From NCBI GenBank assembly GCA_046582655.1, contig JAYGDX010000411.1, positions 1 to 13,352 on the forward strand: 13,352 nt of DNA, in the 5' to 3' direction. Shown here in pieces: positions 1-7,813 of this stretch. The notes beneath the pieces were generated by a model. The model was not told the DNA's origin and made no database searches. It was given only the letters and a program-made list of their open reading frames with translations. This stretch comes from Candidatus Poribacteria bacterium (lineage in GTDB: Bacteria > Poribacteria > WGA-4E > UBA9662). Positions within the stretch are counted from its first letter, which is position 1. Each line of letters opens with the position of its first letter. The translations under genes and the position numbers were made by a program.

Positions 1-1014
1 GGCTTTATTGTAGTTATGATCAGCATCGATCTGTACTTGATGGACTTTGTCTGTTGCTTCAAAGTGTTGATATATTGACAGAATAGCGGGATACTCGACA
101 TCCGGCGTGTTTTTTGTCCAGTCACCAGTTGCTGATACCAATAATAGCGGTCTGGGTGCCATCATCGCTCCAATCTCCATATTGCTGAAATCAATTCGCA
201 GGTTCGGAGAGTTTTCGCACAAACAACCACCTTGCATATGGGCAGAGATCATATTGACTGGAGCTGCAACCTGAATCCGTTGATCAACCGCCATTAGCAT
301 GAAGGTTTGTGTGCCGCCGCCTGATGCACCTGTGCAACCAATCCGTTCCGAATCCACATCGGGTAAGGATTGGAGGAAATCTACCGCACGAATCCCATTC
401 TGTAATTGTAACCCCATCAAGCTGATGCCCCAGATCTCCCCTCGCGTTCCAATGTTAAATGACCTATGGTCGACTTGCTTGCCGCTATCATTGTATCCCA
501 CCATATCATATGAGAAAATGACGTATCCTTGCTTGGCAAAATTGATACAGCGACCAGGGATAGATCCAAGTTCTGTGTTTTCTAGACGGCCGCGTTCCCA
601 GTGCCCATGAGGGCTGACAATGGCAGGAAATGGAGCAGTCTTTCCCTTGGGACGATAAAGATTACCTGTACAAAAGAATCCGGGATAAGATTCGAAGTAG
701 ATTTTTTCAATTGTGTAATCTTCCCGTTCAATTTTATCAAAGATTTTAGCCTTGAGCGGTGTGTCTTCCAACTTTGGGTACTGTCCGGTGTTAACCAAGA
801 TGTGGTTGTGGATATATTCTGCAGTTTTATGCCAGTTTTCCTTGTTATACTCAGGAAAATGCCTTATTGTATTGAGATCTAGTAGTGGTGGTGCTGGTCG
901 GGGATTTTCAGGTGTTTCTTCCACTATGGAGTTCCTTTCTTTATTTTCCCGTGCGTTTATTGCCCCAGCATAACATGTGCTAAGTAATATAACAACAAAG
1001 ATGAGGTTGCGCAT
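1..1014 (-). CDS. Secreted alpha/beta-hydrolase, acetylxylan esterase / dienelactone-hydrolase-like (3' end runs off the window)
   Basis: Translated by hand: an open frame of 338 codons from ATG at 1014 to position 1, MRNLIFVVILLSTCYAGAINARE...DYTIEKIYFESYPGFFCTGNLYRPKG...PAIVSPHGHW...GYVIFSYDMVGYNDS...IRAVDFLQSLPDVDSERIGCTGASGGGTQT...GGCLCEN...APRPLLLVSATGDW...DADHNYNKA. It has a GxSxG nucleophile elbow (GASGG), a candidate catalytic Asp (GDW) and His (HNY), and a hydrophobic N-terminal signal peptide. It is absent from the ORF track because no stop codon falls in the window. Confidence 0.9.
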   Translation of the reverse strand, partial: MRNLIFVVILLSTCYAGAINARENKERNSIVEETPENPRPAPPLLDLNTIRHFPEYNKENWHKTAEYIHNHILVNTGQYPKLEDTPLKAKIFDKIEREDYTIEKIYFESYPGFFCTGNLYRPKGKTAPFPAIVSPHGHWERGRLENTELGSIPGRCINFAKQGYVIFSYDMVGYNDSGKQVDHRSFNIGTRGEIWGISLMGLQLQNGIRAVDFLQSLPDVDSERIGCTGASGGGTQTFMLMAVDQRIQVAAPVNMISAHMQGGCLCENSPNLRIDFSNMEIGAMMAPRPLLLVSATGDWTKNTPDVEYPAILSIYQHFEATDKVHQVQIDADHNYNKA

Positions 1015-1117
1015 ATATCAGACCTATTGTGAAAAAACATACACTTTTCGTGCAAGGGATTCACATTACTGTGTACAAGCAAATTCCGCGGGCGGGACTT
1101 TGTCCAAGTATTATGTT

Positions 1118-1173
1118 CCGTAGTCATAGTGGAAATACCACAGGAAGAATACTCAGTATCGATATGACTATGG
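1118..1173 (+). ncRNA. Candidate structured RNA element (three-way junction), family unknown
   Basis: An 11-bp outer stem CCGTAGTCATA/TATGACTATGG (one G-U pair on the + strand) encloses two hairpins, GTGG-AAATA-CCAC and ATAC-TCA-GTAT, joined by a purine-rich AGGAAGA linker. Confidence 0.3.
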
Positions 1174-1398
1174 TCTGTTGTGTTATAAGTTCAGTAAATT
1201 AAGTAAGTGTTCCTTGTCCTTTATTTGATATCATACTGATCATTTAAAGTTAGTTGGTGATATCAGCGGCAGTTATTTATTATTATGACATATAATGTGT
1301 TACTGTTTAATCATTTTTGAGGGATATTAACTGAGTTTCCAGCAGTTTTGAACTCAAGTGCAGAAAACTGATAGATTAGTAAGAAAGGAATATCGGCC

Positions 1399-1815
1399 GT
1401 GTTAACTGGCATATGGACTATTGGTATCAAGGTTCCCAATCTCGAGCGTGAACTGGAATTTCATCAGCAGCTTGGCAATGAGCTTGTTCTTGACGAAACC
1501 ATTGAGTTTGAAGGGGAGTCTTTTCGTATACCATTAATTAAGATGGGTGACAAGTACCTTCATTTGGCGGAAAAAGCCGTTTATGAAAATCTACTACCAG
1601 AGCCTCTACCTTTTGGAATGACACATCTGGTCTATATGAGTGATAGCTTGGATCAGGATGTTGCTAAAGCTGTTGCTGCCGGTGCAGTAGAGATATGTCC
1701 TATAGCTAACGTGTCAGCAGAATTTGGTGAACGCCGAGTTGGTTTTCTACGATCGCCAAGTGGATGGGTTTTTGAAATTATTGAGATCAAGACTAGTTTG
1801 GTGCCTGAGGTTTAA
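1399..1815 (+). CDS. VOC (glyoxalase/bleomycin resistance/dioxygenase) family protein
   Basis: 138 aa with the paired beta-alpha-beta-beta-beta pattern: IGIKVPNLERELEFHQQLG, GMTHLVYMSDSLDQDVAKAVAAGA, RRVGFLRSPSGWVFEIIE. GTG start with AAAGGA Shine-Dalgarno upstream. Confidence 0.85.
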   Translation: MLTGIWTIGIKVPNLERELEFHQQLGNELVLDETIEFEGESFRIPLIKMGDKYLHLAEKAVYENLLPEPLPFGMTHLVYMSDSLDQDVAKAVAAGAVEICPIANVSAEFGERRVGFLRSPSGWVFEIIEIKTSLVPEV

Positions 1816-1923
1816 TAATTTCAGCCAGCTGGAAGCATTAAATCCATAATTATTTGGGGAGAATAATAGCTGAAAAAAGTTCTGACAGCGATGCAAAACT
1901 GAAGTCAGTCTTAGAGGATTTGG

Positions 1924-2560
1924 ATGATGAAAACCGAACACTCTATCAATAGGATCGATATTCAAGCCCTGCGGGAAGAATATCAGAAACAGGGTGTTTG
2001 CTCTGTTTCTGATATTCTTCCGTTGGATCTGTTTCTCGGGTGGTACCAAGTCTGGGTGGTGCAGATGCTTTATAAGCCACCGGGGGAAGGTTGGTGGGAA
2101 TGTGGGCTGGCACCAAGATTGGCAATATTGGCGCTATTGGGAAGATGATAGTGAACTATTCACCGCCTGGATTGCCATTAGTGATGTTCGGGAGGATTCA
2201 GGGCCAGTCAGCTTCCTTGTTGGTTCACATCGATGGGGGTTCTTGGATACTGGGGATTTCCTTGCTAGCGATCTCGCTCATCAGCTTCAAGCCATTCAAG
2301 TATCTGGCGGAAAAAAGTGGCGTGAAGTTCCAACCATCCTGTCGCTGGGTAGCATTAGTTTTCACCATCGGTTGACCTATCATAGCAGTGGGCCAAATGT
2401 GTCATCACTGCCTCGACGCAGTGTTGCGATCCATTTACGAACAGAAAAATCAAGCTCCCTACCTGGTGCGGTAGATTATTATGTGTCCAATCTGGAAGAT
2501 CCTCAAATATGTCCGATTATCTATCAACGCAGTGCTCCAACAGATGTAACGTCTGGTTAG
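1924..2560 (+). pseudogene. Phytanoyl-CoA dioxygenase (PhyH, 2OG/Fe(II) oxygenase) family, frameshifted and probably internally deleted
   Basis: The frame starting at 1924 gives the N-terminus (REEYQKQGVCSVSDILP...QVWVVQMLYKPPG). A shifted frame continues KVGGNVGWHQDWQYW...LFTAWIAISDVREDSGPVSFLVGSHRWG...ISFHHRLTYHSSGPN...PRRSVAIHLR, with the HxD motif, distal His and 2OG-binding Arg. The frame switch is at the G5 run 2082-2086. GAGGA Shine-Dalgarno lies upstream of 1924. Confidence 0.85.
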
Positions 2561-2803
2561 CTTTATACTCGGATAGCAACAATATAGTTGGATTTCTCTC
2601 GTTAACCAAGCCTTTGGATATACTCCTCACAGAACTGCATCCAAAACCTTGGATTGATTTCAAGCGACCGAAGTGCAGAACAGCGTTGCATTGCCGTATA
2701 TTTTACCAGCCAGAAGGGCTTAGTGTAAGAAATATGGTTTGACCGACAACCGAAAGTTAGCTTAATTTAATAAGGATAAGATTACCAATTCAGAGTAGCC
2801 ATG

Positions 2804-3361
2804 TTACTGGTTTGTTCCCTTGGATTCTTCTATTGTGTTTATTGCTTCTTTCTCCCTGAATTCTTCCACTGCTTTCATTGCTTTGGGGGTACCAATTGCT
2901 TTCAAAGCAAAGGCAGCATTACCACGAACACTCCACTCTTCATCATTTAAGGCCTCTATTAGGGGCAGAATAGCTGGTTTTGAAGGTTCTCCTATTTTTC
3001 CCAAGGTGCGTGCGGCATGCTCACGCACTTCTGCGTCCTCATCCTTCAATGCTAGGATTAAATCATAAACTATCTCTTCTGCGGGCTCTCCTATCTTTCC
3101 CAAGGCAACAATTGCATATCTACGGGTTTCTGCATTTTCGTCCTTCAATGCATGCATCAAAGCAGGTACTGCACCTGCTGCAGGTTTTCCTATTTGTCCT
3201 AAATCATGAGCAGCTTTCATTCTTGCATATTTGTCCTCACCACCAAGTTGCTTAATGAGTTTTTGGATTTTTTGTTCTTGTGTTTCTGCGCACGCAGTCA
3301 TGTTCAGCATAACAACGAAAAATAATAAAAAGTGTATAGCGGTTGTGAGGTTTGGTTTCAT
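2804..3361 (-). CDS. Exported HEAT-repeat (PBS-lyase HEAT-like) protein, possible lipoprotein
   Basis: Four ~33-aa repeats of the form xPxLxxALKDEDxxVRxxAAxALGKIGxPA. The hydrophobic N-terminus ends in MTAC (lipobox-like). AAAGGA Shine-Dalgarno lies upstream. Confidence 0.9.
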   Translation of the reverse strand: MKPNLTTAIHFLLFFVVMLNMTACAETQEQKIQKLIKQLGGEDKYARMKAAHDLGQIGKPAAGAVPALMHALKDENAETRRYAIVALGKIGEPAEEIVYDLILALKDEDAEVREHAARTLGKIGEPSKPAILPLIEALNDEEWSVRGNAAFALKAIGTPKAMKAVEEFREKEAINTIEESKGTNQ

Positions 3362-3557
3362 CTTACTGTTCCTTTCGTGTTTATAGTGCCATTTGAGTAT
3401 ATTATACTAGACTCAGTCTAAACTGGTTTGGGTAAAGTAAATCAGTCATGACAATAAGGTCAGTGGTTGTAAGATTATCCTATAAGCTCATCGGGATTAA
3501 TTGTATGAAGCGATTTGGCGTGTTGGTGGGAAGAAGGTTTTGGAGAGAAAAAACAGC

Positions 3558-3707
3558 TTAGCTTTTTCTGAGAAACAAGGGGTCAATCCAGATATATCGA
3601 CGATTGCCGTCCTTTTTGGACTTGATAGTTTGTTGCGACACTTTGCGCTGAATTGTCCGCCGACTGACACCCAAACGGGTTGATGCCTGATTAATAGGCA
3701 ACCACAT
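3558..3707 (-). CDS. Small excisionase/MerR-like helix-turn-helix protein (49 aa; possibly a truncated remnant)
   Basis: Translated by hand: MWLPINQASTRLGVSRRTIQRKVSQQTIKSKKDGNRRYIWIDPLFLRKS*. It fits the HTH_17-like pattern WLxIxxAxxxLGVSxRTIxRx(n)-beta-hairpin (KKDGNRRYIWI). AGGA lies 6 nt upstream of the ATG. Confidence 0.7.
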   Translation of the reverse strand: MWLPINQASTRLGVSRRTIQRKVSQQTIKSKKDGNRRYIWIDPLFLRKS

Positions 3708-3864
3708 AACGTATCCTGTGATTTTTAAAATGATCGAAATAGTTATATGTAAAAGCTAACGGCAGATTATAAGTCACAGTTACAACATATGGGATTGTGA
3801 GCAGATGCCAAAAAAACTGATTTGAAGAATCTAGCATTAGTTTCATCATTGAAACCAGCGGTTG

Positions 3865-4671
3865 TTAGCCACTCCGCTTTAATCTCCCAACACGCTTAGC
3901 GTATTTTTCACCTTGATGAAAAATCCAGAAACCGAGCGGGATTGTAGTTAGCCCGATAACCAGCAATAACATCAAATTTTGCTTCTGGCTGGCAATAGAT
4001 GCGTTATCCAGCATTGCGGCACGGATTGATCTCAGCGTATAAGTCGCCGGTGAAATTTTAGAGAGAGGTCGAAGCCACGTCGGTAGGACGTCGATTTCGT
4101 AGTAAACGCCTGAAATTAATAGCAGGATCGACTGAAGAATACCAGTCGCTGCTTGACCTTTTTCTGGAGACAATAACGGAAAAATCGCTGCCATCAAACC
4201 GATGCCAATAAATGAGAGGCTGGAGACAGCTATAACTACCACCATTGTTAGCCAGTTGGCGTTGCTCAGATCAACATAGTTGCCAAAAAATAGTGGCATA
4301 ACAGATAGAACAATCCCTGTCCTCAAGAGTCCGTAGAGAATGGCAAACAGGCAGGATCCTACAAGATGGGTTACACGATGGATTGGCGCAATAAAAGTAT
4401 ATTCGATTGTTCCTTCCCAGCGTTCCCAAGTAATGGCATCGCTAACTTCTCTCATCATAATCGACAGGAATCCCCAAATTAAAGCACCAATAACAAGATA
4501 CAATACATCTTCACTTGACCCTCGCTCAACCATAATTAACCCGATGGTCAGAGCGTTAACAATCGAATAGGTGAAGAACAAAATTTCCCAATTTAGGTAG
4601 CGCTTGAGTAAGTTGAAATTTCGTTCAATGAACGCGTAAGATACCACCATCTCGCGCACCAGATTTAACAT
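3865..4671 (-). CDS. ABC-2 type exporter, permease subunit
   Basis: 268 aa with about 6 TM helices and the ABC-2 motifs ITWERWEGTIEYTFIAPI and ISGVYYEIDVLPTWLRPLSKISPATYTLRSIR. It starts 3 nt after the ATPase stop codon. Confidence 0.92.
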   Translation of the reverse strand: MLNLVREMVVSYAFIERNFNLLKRYLNWEILFFTYSIVNALTIGLIMVERGSSEDVLYLVIGALIWGFLSIMMREVSDAITWERWEGTIEYTFIAPIHRVTHLVGSCLFAILYGLLRTGIVLSVMPLFFGNYVDLSNANWLTMVVVIAVSSLSFIGIGLMAAIFPLLSPEKGQAATGILQSILLLISGVYYEIDVLPTWLRPLSKISPATYTLRSIRAAMLDNASIASQKQNLMLLLVIGLTTIPLGFWIFHQGEKYAKRVGRLKRSG

Positions 4672-4674
4672 GGT

Positions 4675-5508
4675 CTATTCCTCACTTAGGTCTTTGCCGG
4701 TAAGTTGGATAAAAACGTCCTCCAGCGTAGCCTCTGGTTGAGAAATAAGCGACTTAAGTTCTTTCACAGTACCTTCAGCAATAAATTTTCCATTATCGAT
4801 AATCGCGACTTGGTCACACAGTTTCTCAGCTTCTATCATATCATGTGTAGTTAGTAGGACAACGGCATCGTGTTGATGTCGAACATCATTGATAAGATCC
4901 TGGACATCACGTTTGGATTTAGGATCAAGACCGGTTGTCGGTTCATCCAATAACAACAAAATAGGAGAGGTTAACAAAGCACGTGCAATAGCAACTTTCT
5001 GTTGCATCCCGCGTGAAAGGTCTTCCATTCCTTCATGCATTCGCCTAGATTCGAAACCCAGTCTGCTCAGGATCTGTTCAGCTTTACGACGTGCCTCCTT
5101 AACTGGAATGTCATAAAGTCTGGCCGTGTAAACTAGGTTTTCTTCAGCTGAAAGCCTTTTAAAAAAAGCTGCTTCCACCGAAACACGATTAATCATCTGT
5201 CGAACCCGAAAGCTGTCTTTAACCACATCATATCCGAACACATTTACCTGTCCACTGTCAGGTAACAGCAAGGTGGAAATTAAGCGAATAAGTGTCGATT
5301 TTCCGGATCCGTTAGCTCCCAAAATACCGTAGATCTGACCTAGTTTTACTTGAAAAGAAATTCCATCCACAGCTTTGACAACTTCTTTTTGACGTTTGAA
5401 TGTAGAGGTGAACTGCTGAAAGAAACTAAGTTCCCGATTTTTCGGCGGATGATTTTTTCGGTGAAAGTGTTTAACAACTTGATGTAATGCTACAACCTCT
5501 GAAGACAT
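4675..5508 (-). CDS. ABC exporter ATP-binding subunit (DrrA/NodI-like)
   Basis: Walker A GANGSGKST, signature variant LSRGMQQKV, Walker B LLLLDEPTTGLD, H-loop TTHD and C-terminal TLEDVFIQLTG. Confidence 0.95.
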   Translation of the reverse strand: MSSEVVALHQVVKHFHRKNHPPKNRELSFFQQFTSTFKRQKEVVKAVDGISFQVKLGQIYGILGANGSGKSTLIRLISTLLLPDSGQVNVFGYDVVKDSFRVRQMINRVSVEAAFFKRLSAEENLVYTARLYDIPVKEARRKAEQILSRLGFESRRMHEGMEDLSRGMQQKVAIARALLTSPILLLLDEPTTGLDPKSKRDVQDLINDVRHQHDAVVLLTTHDMIEAEKLCDQVAIIDNGKFIAEGTVKELKSLISQPEATLEDVFIQLTGKDLSEE

Positions 5509-5665
5509 AAAAAACTAAGTCCCCTCACCTCAGATAATAGAGTATAAGCTAATCGGTATGAGAAAAAAGTGAATCCACGAAATAAGTTTGTCTGCTACAC
5601 TTTTAATCGACTATATAATAAAACCCAAAAGTGACTCAAAATTGTCTCTCATTGTCTGTTTAAAA

Positions 5666-6424
5666 CTAGCGTGCTGTCCAACCTAAATCAATTGTCCAGT
5701 CCGCGCCAGTGACAGCGCTTGCCGCCTCAGAGCAGAGGAATACGACAAGAGCAGCCACTTCCTCTGGTGTAATAAGCCGCTTGATGGCCGCGGGTTCCAG
5801 CATTACTTGCTCAATTACTTCTTGACTCGAAAGACCATGAATAAGGGCTTGATCAGCAATTTGGTTCTCAACTAGAGGCGTTCGGACGTAAGCGGGACAA
5901 AGGGCATTAACTGTAATACCATGTGCACCTCCTTCCAGTGCTGCTGCGCGTGTAAGACCAATAAGGCCGTGCTTGGCCGCAACGTAACCACTCTTGAATG
6001 GAGAAGCAACACGACTGTGAATGGAAGCAATGTTGACAATACGGCCCCAACCTTTGGCTTTCATCGTTGACCAGACATATTTAGTCAATAGAAAGGGAGC
6101 CGTCAGCATTACAGACAACATTTGATCCCAAGTGTCTTCGGGAAATATTTCAATGGGATCTACATGCTGAAATCCCGCGTTATTAATCAGGACGTCAATC
6201 CGATTATAATGCACTAGTGTTTGATTCACTAAGGTTTGGCAATCAAATCGTTGTGACAGATCGGTCGGTATAAAATAACCGCCAATAGCTTTAGCTACGG
6301 TTTGTCCCTGCACCTCGTTTAGGTCGGCGATAACCACCTTAAAACTATTATGTGTAAGTGCTTTAGCAATTGCTTGTCCAATACCGCTTGCAGCACCCGT
6401 TACAATAGCGACACGCTCGCTCAT
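5666..6424 (-). CDS. bdhA: D-3-hydroxybutyrate dehydrogenase (classical SDR)
   Basis: [11 protein letters not shown]-binding motif, [28 protein letters not shown] (YxxxK plus the HBDH-typical Gln, His and Lys substrate residues) and [19 protein letters not shown] Shine-Dalgarno lies upstream. Confidence 0.88.
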   Translation of the reverse strand: MSERVAIVTGAASGIGQAIAKALTHNSFKVVIADLNEVQGQTVAKAIGGYFIPTDLSQRFDCQTLVNQTLVHYNRIDVLINNAGFQHVDPIEIFPEDTWDQMLSVMLTAPFLLTKYVWSTMKAKGWGRIVNIASIHSRVASPFKSGYVAAKHGLIGLTRAAALEGGAHGITVNALCPAYVRTPLVENQIADQALIHGLSSQEVIEQVMLEPAAIKRLITPEEVAALVVFLCSEAASAVTGADWTIDLGWTAR

Positions 6425-6826
6425 TGGTTATCTCCAATAACAAAATGGCTGAGCAATTAGTATTTTCAGCAGCTTACTGGGAAATGCCTGAATTCTGGGA
6501 AATTAAAGCGATTTTTCAGATCTCCTCGGATTTATAATAGCTTATCCGAATATGTGTCCATTTTCAATTTTTTCATCAGTTTATACATTGGCGCTCGTCA
6601 ATCTAGAACCAGTTCATCTAAATTTTGCACGGCTTGCAAATCATGAAAAAGGTTTAATTATTTTTACAGCTGATATAAAATTAAAGCTGTTTTGTCAGTT
6701 TTTGTAAGCGATGACTAAAAATCGGAAAAAGTATATTTAGGACAAAGTCTCTTTTCAGTATATCTTTGTTGAAGCACGGTCCTTTTCTGATTTTTCTGTG
6801 AGTCATCCTAATTTTAGAAGGAGAAA

Positions 6827-7789
6827 ATGATGGAAGAAGTAAAATTGGGATTCATTGGTACTGGTGGTATGGCCGGCGCCCACATGAATAATCTGAAGAA
6901 CTTTGATGATGTTAAATTCGTTGCTATGTGTGATATTTCTGAAGATCGTGCCAAGCAGCGTGCTGAAGAATTCGGTGGAAACGCCTATAGCGATTATCAA
7001 CAGATGTATGATTCAGAGGAACTTGATGCTGTGTACATTTGTACCCCTCCGTTTGCACATGGCCAACAAGAAATAATGGCATGTCAAGAAGGGATTGCCA
7101 TGTTTATTGAAAAGCCGATTGCTTGCGAACTGGATACCGCAATTATCGTCAATGATCATGTGGAAAAAAGTGGGGTTATCACCAGTGTTGGTTACCATTG
7201 GCGTTATGGCGGAAACGCCCAACATGCTAAAGCGGAACTTGAGAAGGAAACGCAAATTCTCGGTGCGCTAGGATACTGGATGGGAGGTATGCCGGGCGTT
7301 CCGTGGTGGCGTGTAAGAGCACAGTCAGGTGGTCAGCATGTTGAACAAACGACGCACATATTTGATTTAGCCCGTTTTGTCCTGGGAGATGCGAAATTGG
7401 TACACGGCGTGGCTTCAAGTGGTAGTATGACAGACATTCCCAACTATGATGTTGATGACATTAGCATGGTTAATATTGAGTTTGAAAGTGGAGCGGTTGC
7501 TAACATCGTTTCTTGCTGTGCCATGGAAAGTTGGGGAAGAGTCTATCTTGAGGTGTTTTGTCGTGGTGTTGTTGCCACCATCGGCGGATCAAATACGATT
7601 CGTAGAAAGGATCAGGAAGAGGAGTTGGGTAGTTCCGGTGGGCAAGACAGAGACCGTGTGTTCATCGATGCCGTCAAGATGGGAGATAGTTCAGGGATCC
7701 TGTCTCCTTACAGCGATGCTTTAAAGACACTACATGTTATGTTGGCGGCAAGCACGTCGTTTCAAACCGGCAAAGCTGTAGACTTGTAA
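6827..7789 (+). CDS. Gfo/Idh/MocA family NAD(P)-dependent oxidoreductase
   Basis: Rossmann motif GFIGTGGMA, DAVYICTPPFAH, the EKP motif and SGGQHVEQTTHIFD. Strong AAGGAG Shine-Dalgarno; the start could be the ATG at 6827 or at 6830. Confidence 0.93.
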   Translation: MMEEVKLGFIGTGGMAGAHMNNLKNFDDVKFVAMCDISEDRAKQRAEEFGGNAYSDYQQMYDSEELDAVYICTPPFAHGQQEIMACQEGIAMFIEKPIACELDTAIIVNDHVEKSGVITSVGYHWRYGGNAQHAKAELEKETQILGALGYWMGGMPGVPWWRVRAQSGGQHVEQTTHIFDLARFVLGDAKLVHGVASSGSMTDIPNYDVDDISMVNIEFESGAVANIVSCCAMESWGRVYLEVFCRGVVATIGGSNTIRRKDQEEELGSSGGQDRDRVFIDAVKMGDSSGILSPYSDALKTLHVMLAASTSFQTGKAVDL

Positions 7790-7813
7790 AAACAAGCATA
7801 AATCCTTGTAAAC

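Noticed and set aside
299..973. Plus-strand ORFs 299-610, 601-882 and 752-973
   Set aside because: They are antisense shadows of the minus-strand esterase and have no recognisable motifs.
2082..2086. G5 run as a phase-variation or programmed frameshift site
   Set aside because: The run is too short for typical phase variation, and the gene appears to carry a second lesion.
1747..2375. ORFs 1747-2049 (-) and 2091-2375 (+), and 1924-2148 / 1994-2560 read as separate genes
   Set aside because: The first two are off-frame or antisense overlaps. The last two are halves of one frameshifted PhyH-family gene.
2509..2803. ORF 2509-2742 and two CCAA-N5/6-TTGG mini-palindromes near 2606-2653
   Set aside because: There is no Shine-Dalgarno or family motif in the frames I read, and 4-5-bp arms are expected by chance.
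2820..3255. Plus-strand ORFs 2820-3068 and 2980-3255
   Set aside because: They are antisense to the HEAT-repeat gene.
3546..3569. Weak hairpin around the HTH stop codon as a terminator
   Set aside because: The stem is almost all A-T with a 3-nt loop, too weak to call.
3501..3683. Plus-strand 60-aa ORF
   Set aside because: It has a TTG start and no motif, and the opposite strand encodes a convincing HTH.
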